Below, one piece after another: positions 8,359 through 14,833 of a stretch of DNA of 14,833 bases. Under the pieces are notes generated by a model. That model did no database searches, was not told the origin of the DNA, and saw only the letters and a program-made list of their open reading frames with translations. Numbering within the stretch: the stretch's first letter is position 1; each line of letters opens with the position of its first letter. Source of the stretch: a virus; the IMG/VR virus record IMGVR_UViG_3300045988_123087, positions 1 to 14,833 of that record; one strand, given 5' to 3'. Both the position numbers and the translations under genes were made by a program.

Positions 8359-9995
8359 TTATACAATACTATTATCTAAACTATAATTTCCAACATTTCC
8401 GTGATTATGCCATATAGTAACACCACGTCTACAAGCATTATTTATAATATCCATATATTTACTTGGTACTTCGCCGTATCCTATTTCTTCACTTGCGCCA
8501 ATTTCTACATAGTTCCAATATCTACGACCAGTAATATTAGGTAATTCCAAGCTTTTTATTGCATAGCCGGAAACGTGTAAAGTAATCGTCTATTATTTTT
8601 AAATATTCAGTCTTAGCGCGCATTTCTCTAAATGTAAATTTATTTCTATTACAAGCCCATATAACGTCCCCAGTTGCTTGACCACCAGCTATATTAGGCG
8701 CTAAACTTGCTTGATTAAATTGTCCTATCGTTCCAGCTACTGTACCAGCTACACTAGTAATAGCACCAGCTACAATAGGTAAAGTAGCACCACCAGTAGC
8801 AATAGCAGTAGCAACACCCCCAGCAGTTAAAGCAATACTTGCAACTAAATTAACACCGTTTTGCGTTAGCCAGTTTGTGAAAGCGTCAGAAGACCAAGCA
8901 CAAGTTGGATATTTTCCCGTCGGTAATGCTTCGTCGTCGTTTGTACTCATATTTTTATAATTCTTTGGAACTAATCTACCACTACCACCAATAGCAATAC
9001 TAAATTGGTTTTCAAAAACACAATTTGCTGATGTAAAATCTTCATATTTATATATGTTATTACTTCCATTATTATTACTTACAAATAAATAATTATATGG
9101 ATATACGAAACATTTATTATTTTTAGGGTTAAAATTACTAAAACTATTTCTTTTATTTATAGTTGTATTAAATCTAGTAGGCGTAATATCGTAATTTAAT
9201 GTGTACCAACTAAAATTTTGTTCCCCTACTATTGCGCTATGTTGTACTAATTGAATTGGCGTTATTGCTAAATTTGGTATAATAAAAATATTTTTTATGT
9301 CTTCTATATGTCCGTCTGAGTTAGTTCTTAATATAAATAAAGCTAAATCAGTAAAGCTAGATAAAAACGTTATATTAAACAAATATAATTTTTCCCCAAA
9401 TACCGTATTATCGTAAACACTAATACCAGCGTTTTGTGTTCCTTTTTTTCCGTGGTAATACTTCTGTGCCGTCGCTTCCGTCTTTTATCTGCCAATTACT
9501 TAAAACACCTACATAATAGCCATATTCGTTACCGTAGCTTTCGTCTTCTGTTTCTTGTTCTTCTATTACTTCGCCTACGTCTAAATTTTCGGGTATAGTA
9601 TGTAAACCTATTGTATCGTCGTTTACGTGTTGCCTATTTATAAAACATACTTTTTTATTCCATTTATCAAACCAAGTAGACCAAGCGTCTACTGTAAATG
9701 TTATTTCTGTGTTTTTATCTCCTTTGTATATAACGTCGTCTATCCAAGCAAAAAACCATTTATTAGAATAGTCGGGGTTTTGAAATGCGATATAGTTTGC
9801 TTGTAAACATTGTGCATAAGTAAACCCAGCCATTATAGTTCCCGTGTTTCTTAAAAAAGAATAATTTTCGGCTTGCGCGACTAAATGTCCTTGACTTCTG
9901 CATAATTCTAACATTTGTGCTTCTGTATAGGAAAGTACGTTAGTATATTGTCTGTCAATATTTATATTTTTTACTAATATAATTTTACTATTCAT
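8359..9995 (-). CDS. Tail knob / distal tube protein (phi29 gp9-like), requires two +1 frameshifts at CGG
   Basis: Three ORFs join at CGG 9450-9452 and 8567-8569: ...GTEVLPGKKGTQNAGISVYDNTVFGEKLYLFNITF... and ...DDYFTRFGYAIKSLELPNITGRRYWNYVEIGASEEIGYGEVPSKYMDIINNACRRGVTIWHNHGNVGNYSLDNSIV*. Length 1637 = 1635+2. Confidence 0.87.
8566..8569 (-). other. CGG +1 frameshift site 6 (TTC CGG|C TAT on minus strand)
   Basis: Without a shift RFRLCNKKLGIT*; with +1, RFGYAIKSLELPNITGRRYWNYVE, matching the conserved GYAI-type motif of phi29-like knob proteins. Confidence 0.92.
9449..9452 (-). other. CGG +1 frameshift site 5 (CCA CGG|A AAA on minus strand)
   Basis: The zero frame terminates as LPRKKRNTKRWY*; +1 continues seamlessly into the next ORF. 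Confidence 0.9.
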
Positions 9996-9998
9996 TTT

Positions 9999-11094
9999 CT
10001 ATCTCCTTATCTGAAAATCTATAACTTGTTTAAAGTCTGTACCTACCATATCGTTAGCATAAAAAATTTTGTTTTCCTTAAATGTCATAAACAAGTTACG
10101 TAGTTTTTCGTTTTTTATTGATATATTATATATATCCCTTTGCCAGTATCTAGATACTTTTATAACATCAGAAAATACAATTATTTTATTAGAAAATTCT
10201 TTATAATATGGACGGATAAACCATATTGGGCTTGTTTTTTCTTCCTTGTCTACTATGTATTCGCATAAAAACTTGAAACTTTGATATTGAAAGCCGAAAC
10301 GATATAATACATTATAATTATTATAACTTTTTGGCAAATGTGGTTGTGGGTGCGTTTCCCAAGCCCCAGTATTTATCATTTTTGCGTTAGTTCCAATAGT
10401 TCCCGAAGTTTTGCCAGTAGATAAGCAATATTCAAGTGCTATCTTAATTGGTGGGTTTCCTTCTACTACGTCGGGTATTTCTTTTACTTGTATTGTGCCT
10501 TGTTTTTGTGCGCTAATTATATGATGTAAGCCCCAGTCGTTAATATATGGGCATACTCTCGAAATTGTATTACCTACTAGCCATAGTCTTACTTTTAAAC
10601 GTTTTCTATCTACTGTCGCATAAAAATTCATTAGTTTATTACTTTCATTAGGTAAATAAGTACTACGGCTCATAAATTCTTCAAATATAATGTCTTCTAC
10701 ATCTAAATAACTTGCACCAGCGTAATTTTGTTCTGTCGATAATGCTACTACATATCCTATTTTATCAAATCTTTTAGTTTTACCCGTTTCGTTATCGTAT
10801 ATTGATAAATATAAATTTTTTCTATATAATGTTATGCAATTATATTTTCCCTCTGTTAATTTTGCTACGTCTACATCTTGAAAATATTGTTCTATTTTCT
10901 CGGACGTTATTTCCTCGCGTAATCTACGCATTAAAATAAATCTTTTTCCAGTTTTTAAATATTTTTCTACGGCTTTTTTGTGTTTTACTTGATAGCTTTT
11001 CCCGTTGGAACGCTCGCCGTATATCAAGTTAATTCTAGCACCGTATCGCGTCTATTTTATCTATATTATAATGGACTACTTTTTTATTCGCCAT
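9999..11094 (-). CDS. DNA packaging ATPase (phi29 gp16-like encapsidation protein), requires one +1 frameshift at CGG
   Basis: MANKKVVHYNIDKIDAIGARINLIYGERSNGKSYQVKHKKAVEKY...; Walker A GERSNGKS and Walker B-like YLDVEDIIFEEF. Length 1096 = 1095+1; the true start is upstream of the track ORF start. Confidence 0.88.
11040..11043 (-). other. CGG +1 frameshift site 7 (ATA CGG|T GCT on minus strand)
   Basis: The zero frame stops one codon after CGG (CGG TGC TAG); +1 reads I GARINLIYGERSNGKSY. Confidence 0.88.
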
Positions 11095-11299
11095 TGTTAT
11101 TTTCTTCCTTTATATATAATCTTGCAATTTGATTTTCTATTTCTTCTCTTACAGCCTTTGCCTTTTCGTCTTTTAGTCTATTCGTTAGTAGTCCTGCTCT
11201 GTCTACTTTTGTTTTTTTACACGCGCCCGATACTGTTATTTTTGAAAATTTTTTAATAAATTCTAAATCTTTCACTTTCTCACTCCTTATATTTTGCAC
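11084..11299 (-). CDS. Small basic protein, possibly HTH-like
   Basis: 71 aa from a GTG start; MQNIRSEKVKDLEFIKKFSKITVSGACKKTKVDRAGLLTNRL...; overlaps the start of the ATPase gene. Confidence 0.5.
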   Translation of the reverse strand: MQNIRSEKVKDLEFIKKFSKITVSGACKKTKVDRAGLLTNRLKDEKAKAVREEIENQIARLYIKEENNNGE

Positions 11300-13394
11300 G
11301 TTTACTAGAATTATCAGAAATTAAGTCAGCATAATCTAGCGCTTTTCCTAGTATGTATGTTGTCGGAACAATACAACAACCGGCTTTTGTCTTCTACTGT
11401 ATATTCATTTCCTTGATAATCTATTATAGTACATTTTTCTTGATTTTCGCAATACATTAGCAAATTTTTATTCGTATATTTAAAATCAAATATAAAATTA
11501 TCTTTAAATTCTGATAAATTTTTTAAACCTTGCGCGCCGGCTTTTAGGTACGCCAGCTACTGTAATTTCTAATATTTTTGCTTTTTTTCCTTTTATTTCT
11601 TGTACGTTTGTATCTTCTTTTATTTTTTCTTTATCTATCCATTTTGTATAAGCATATTTTTTAGCGCCTTGCGTTATAAACTCGTCGTATTGTCCGTCGT
11701 TGTCGAATACACCTAATATATGACGTTCTCCTTTACTATCTTTCGGGCTAAATTTTTCGTATGGTATATCTAGTAATTTACTTACGTATTTTAATTTTTG
11801 TATTACAAATTTGTTATATTTTTCTATTACTGTTTTGTCGTATCCTTCTTTTAGTTTCATACTATCAGTATCACAATATACTACTTGTTCGTCTAGTTGT
11901 ATTACATTTTTTAATAAATTAGAACGTGCGTATGCTGTAACCCAAACACCGTAAGCAAAAGACAAAAACGCTTTTTTCTTTTCTTCATTTAATTTTGCTA
12001 TTATTTCTGTATTTTCTAATTCTCTTTCCGTCCAGTCTAATTCGTTATCGTATAATACTTCGTCACGTATCATATTAGTAACACTCATACCATACAAGGC
12101 ATTAAATTTATTTTTTTCTTTTGCGTATTCTACTTCCATACCTTCTACGTTTTTATACGCTGTTTTATTTACATATTTTTCTAAGACAAATTCTATAAAT
12201 TGTTTAGGTAAATAATCGTAAACACTATAATAACTTTCTTTTATTTCGTAACTATCGTATTTATAAGTATCTAATAAAAAGTAAAAGTCTACATCTGTTA
12301 GCGTAATTGTTAAACTTTCTGCTTCCATTACACGCCCGTTATCGTATTTACCTTTTTTTATTTCTCTACATTTACTTTGCGAAATAAAATTATTATAATA
12401 TTTACATTTTATATTTTTAAATTCTACTACTAATATATATGCAAATCTACTTAACATTTGTTTTCTATCTTTTATCATACATTTTTGGAACTCAGTAGAC
12501 GGGAATTGATGTGAAACTAAAATATATGGATATGAACTCGTAAAGTCCCAGCTTTCTATATTTTTTAGTATTTCGTCAACATATATCCAATTAGCGTGCG
12601 TGTATCCGTCCTGCAAATGCTTCTTGTAATAAATTATAAATATGAGGGTTTATATTTATTGACTTTTTAACTTTTCTTTTATAGTCCCAGTCTTCCGATA
12701 TTCTTTCTTTTAGTTCTCGCCTTACGTGTCCTGTACTTGTTAATGGTATTTTATCAACTCTGCCGTAGGTTTCTAATTCTCTTTTTATATAATAATATAT
12801 AACTAAACAGTCATACTCGCAATATCCTAATTCTTTTTCTGTTAGTTTCGTTGCTGGCGTTCTAAGTAATGTATAATCTAAATCGCCTACTTTCTTTTCT
12901 ACTGGTAACATAAATATTTTAGGTAATTGCTTTAATGCACAATTTGACATCTGATAAGTACATCTAATTTCTATGTTATAGTCTTCTAGTTCGCATTTCA
13001 TAACTTTGTGTTTTTTTCTTGCTACTACGTTTTTAAATCTAAATATACTTTTTAAATATTGAAATTCAAACGCTAAATTATGTATAAATACTATTTTTTT
13101 ACTATTATTATAATAATCTAATCGCATTAGAAAACTTTTTAATTCTTCCCAAGTTCTACCGTAATATACTTCTTCGTTAATAGAAAACATCCAAATATAC
13201 ATACAACTTCTAAATTCTGCTAGTTTTTGTTCTTCCTCTGTTAATTCTAAATATTTTATTGCTGGTAGTATTCTACCGTGTAATATTAAATAACTTGATG
13301 TTTCTATATCTAACGAATATATAGTATTATCTACTTTTTTTCTTTCGCCTACTATGTCCCCAAAATGATACTGAAATTCTTTATAATATTTCAT
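11280..13394 (-). CDS. Protein-primed family B DNA polymerase, requires three +1 frameshifts at CGG
   Basis: Exonuclease-region YSLDIETSS, NLAFEFQYL; polymerase motifs TSSYPY, KNKFNALYGMSVTN, YCDTDSMK. Joins at CGG 12606-12608, 11537-11539 and 11380-11382 give LLQEAFAGGYTHANWIYVDE, PKSGAQGLKNLSEFKDNFIFDF and DKSGCCIVPTTYILGKALDYADLISDNSSKRAKYKE*. Length 2115 = 2112+3. Confidence 0.93.
11379..11382 (-). other. CGG +1 frameshift site 10 (AGC CGG|T TGT on minus strand)
   Basis: The +1 frame is open to a stop immediately before the next gene region: SGCCIVPTTYILGKALDYADLI...KYKE*. Confidence 0.82.
11536..11539 (-). other. CGG +1 frameshift site 9 (AGC CGG|C GCG on minus strand)
   Basis: Without a shift PKSRRARFKKFIRI*; with +1, PKSGAQGLKNLSEFKDNFIFDF. 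Confidence 0.92.
12605..12608 (-). other. CGG +1 frameshift site 8 (GGA CGG|A TAC on minus strand)
   Basis: Without a shift AFAGRIHAR*; with +1, AFAGGYTHANWIYVDE, corresponding to the conserved GG segment upstream of polymerase motif A (phi29 YRGGFTW...). Confidence 0.93.
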
Positions 13395-13396
13395 AC

Positions 13397-14172
13397 TTAA
13401 ATCTCTTTTCTTTTATCATTTATGGCGTTTATTAAATAATTATATTCTTTGCCGTCTATTTTCCCTTCTGACATTAAATTTGCTATTATACTTTCTACCT
13501 CTTGTAAATCGCTTTCACTATTAGCGTTGTTTACAAGTTCTATAACATTACTGTATAATAATTCTATTTCGTCAGTATTCTGACTACCTCTATATACATA
13601 CTTTGTATATATTTTTCTTAGTATACTTTCTATGTTATAGCCTCTGTTCCATTGTATTATACTTTGCATTTGACTATAAAAAGTTTCATAATCGTTTTGC
13701 TTTTCTCTTGCTTCTTCTATTACTGCTAATACATCTGACCCGAGGTATAAAATTTGTTATTCCATTTACTTCTTTATCGTCAAAAAAATTTGTTAATGCT
13801 TCTGCTTCTTCGTAAGATATATCCGAAACATCAGTACTAAATCTTGTTTTTAATGTTTTAATTGCTTTTTGTTTAGCTTTCTTTATTCCTCTTTTAGTAC
13901 TAATACTACTATTTAAAAATTCTTTTGTAGCTTTTATAGTTGCTTTCATTTGTGTAACTGTCATAGATTTATTGGCTTTAACACGCCCAGAAACAGACCA
14001 AGCTTGCAACGGTTCGGTTGCAAGCTTTTCCTTTAAATATTTTGTAGCCCAAGTATCCTTCCCGAAACTCGCGTTCTAACCTTACTATACGTTGGTTAGC
14101 TCTTTTACTTAACTTTTTTAATTCACTAAATAATTCTTGTTCCTCTCGGGTTAGTTCCTTCTTTTTAGGCAT
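13397..14172 (-). CDS. Probable terminal protein for protein-primed replication, requires two +1 frameshifts at CGG
   Basis: Directly upstream of the polymerase gene. Joins at CGG 14062-14064 and 13740-13742 give VRLEREFGKDTWATKYLKEKLATEPLQAWSVSGRVKANK... and ...NGITNFIPGSDVLAVIEEAREKQNDYETFYSQMQSIIQWNRGYNIESIL.... Length 776 = 774+2. Confidence 0.82.
13739..13742 (-). other. CGG +1 frameshift site 12 (CCT CGG|G TCA on minus strand)
   Basis: Without a shift FIPRVRCISSNRRSKRKAKRL*; with +1, FIPGSDVLAVIEEAREKQNDYETF, joining the next ORF. Confidence 0.88.
14001..14026. repeat. 10-bp perfect stem with 6-nt loop inside the terminal protein gene
   Basis: AGCTTGCAAC-GGTTCG-GTTGCAAGCT. Confidence 0.85.
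14061..14064 (-). other. CGG +1 frameshift site 11 (TTT CGG|G AAG on minus strand)
   Basis: Without a shift EREFREGYLGYKIFKGKACNRTVASLVCFWAC*; with +1, EREFGKDTWATKYLKEKLATEPLQAWSVSGRVKAN. Confidence 0.88.
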
Positions 14173-14195
14173 ATTTATTCTCCTTTACTACAAAA

Positions 14196-14603
14196 TTAAA
14201 ATGGTAAATCGTCTGTTGTTTCTTCTTCATTTTTTGTAGTTTCTTCTTTTTTGTTATTTCCTAGTACTGGTACTGCTTTATAAGTTTTACCTTTCTTTGT
14301 TTTTACTTCTGTTAGTCTTACGCTTTCTACTTCTCCGAAATAATCTACTACACTTTCTGTAAAGATTTCGCTACCACTAGATACTAAGCCGTATTCTTCT
14401 GTATCAAAGTAGTTAATGTCAAATTCTTTTTCGTCTGTTACAATATGACATTTTGCATATCCTGTTATTTTAACTTCTACGCCTACTAACTCTGATAATT
14501 TGATAGCTGTTAAATCTCCTTTCTTTGCCATTTTCTCGAATAATGCGTTATCGCAAGTTCCTTTCTTTTCGTTTACTGTTACTTCATACTTTCTTGTTTC
14601 CAT
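14196..14603 (-). CDS. Probable single-stranded DNA-binding protein
   Basis: 135 aa, first gene of the leftward early operon, acidic C-terminal tail ending DDLPF as in SSBs. Confidence 0.65.
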   Translation of the reverse strand: METRKYEVTVNEKKGTCDNALFEKMAKKGDLTAIKLSELVGVEVKITGYAKCHIVTDEKEFDINYFDTEEYGLVSSGSEIFTESVVDYFGEVESVRLTEVKTKKGKTYKAVPVLGNNKKEETTKNEEETTDDLPF

Positions 14604-14656
14604 TTTATTTCCTCTTTCTTGCTATTAGGTAGCAAACCATAATTTAATTATAAGGT

Positions 14657-14663
14657 TGTCGAC
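14657..14663 (+). promoter_or_regulatory. Possible degenerate 0A box (TGTCGAC) in the right promoter leader
   Basis: 6/7 match to TGTCGAA, in the leader of the leftward promoter. Confidence 0.25.
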
Positions 14664-14677
14664 TTCCTTAACTGTAA

Positions 14678-14722
14678 TTATAATACTACAAATTGTATAA
14701 AATGTCAAGCATAATTTAAAAA
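14678..14722 (-). repeat. Right copy of the 45-bp inverted repeat containing a promoter
   Basis: Exact reverse complement of 1-45; read on the minus strand it contains TTGACA (14708-14703), 17-nt spacer, TATTAT (14685-14680). Confidence 0.93.
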
Positions 14723-14745
14723 TATTTTCAACAAAATGTTGTTCG

Positions 14746-14762
14746 TATTACATAATGTAATA
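14746..14762. repeat. Small dyad, operator-like
   Basis: TATTACAT-A-ATGTAATA. Confidence 0.6.
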
Positions 14763-14833
14763 TGTCTTGTTTTATGTTTACTGATACATTTGTTTGGGGA
14801 ATATATGTTCGGTTTACCATAATCGGAGATACA

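Noticed and set aside
11701-11707. Another TGTCGAA (0A box core)
   Set aside because: Located inside polymerase coding sequence with no nearby promoter; likely chance.
13397-13669. Independent 90-aa gene MQSIIQWNRG...
   Set aside because: The frame is continuous with the upstream segment after the CGG shift at 13742, so it is the C-terminus of the terminal protein rather than a separate gene.
11005-13815. Plus-strand ORFs 11005-11256 and 13603-13815
   Set aside because: Antisense to packaging ATPase/small ORF and terminal protein genes; Leu/Phe-rich shadow composition.
2061-14172. Frameshifts explained as random sequencing/assembly indels (e.g. long-read errors) or gene decay
   Set aside because: All 12 involve an in-frame CGG in gene-sense orientation on both strands, all are +1, none occurs at homopolymers typical of such errors, and the restored proteins contain intact conserved motifs. 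Read-level confirmation is still needed.
2061-14172. Simple reassignment of CGG to another amino acid (CGG to Trp or Gln has been proposed in some Firmicutes)
   Set aside because: Changing the meaning of the triplet does not restore frame; each site needs a one-nucleotide advance. A lineage where CGG became unassigned or reassigned could nevertheless be the evolutionary background.
2061-14172. Introns or inteins interrupting the split genes
   Set aside because: Adjacent ORF fragments overlap or abut with no inserted sequence beyond one nucleotide.
1-14833. tRNA genes, CRISPR arrays or transposons
   Set aside because: No cloverleaf-like sequence, repeat-spacer array, transposase or terminal target duplications recognised by eye. 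In particular I found no candidate quadruplet-decoding tRNA inside the window; it would have to be host-encoded or outside.

Overview
The window is most of an AT-rich Firmicutes podovirus genome with protein-primed (phi29-like) replication. A rightward arm carries small early ORFs, a GH73-like+LysM endolysin, a tail lysozyme, a holin-like protein, a scaffold-like protein, a major capsid protein with an Ig-like tail, a connector, a lower collar and a tail protein with a GDPD domain. A convergent leftward arm carries an SSB-like protein, terminal protein, family B DNA polymerase, a small ORF, packaging ATPase and tail knob/distal tube protein. The most striking observation is that six genes appear broken into 14 ORF pieces (joined fully by 12 +1 shifts), and every break falls on an in-frame CGG codon. 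Wherever I find CGG in frame (12 of 12) the gene only makes sense if the ribosome moves +1, reading CGGN as one position, apparently Gly (skip C, read GGN). Other CGG trinucleotides in the coding regions, several dozen by eye, lie out of phase. I found no CGG used as an ordinary Arg codon, while AGA, AGG, CGT, CGC and CGA are used. Sites occur on both strands, always in the sense orientation and codon phase of the gene, which argues strongly against random indel errors. This suggests a genome-wide CGG-triggered +1 frameshift or quadruplet-decoding system (CGGN = Gly). A second theme is a link to sporulation: a phage-encoded Spo0A-like DNA-binding domain, a perfect TGTCGAA 0A-box core just downstream of the left promoter, a near-perfect parS site (15/16) between the convergent arms, and a 45-bp inverted repeat carrying identical inward-facing promoters at both ends. 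All coordinates and reconstructions were done by eye and need computational confirmation.
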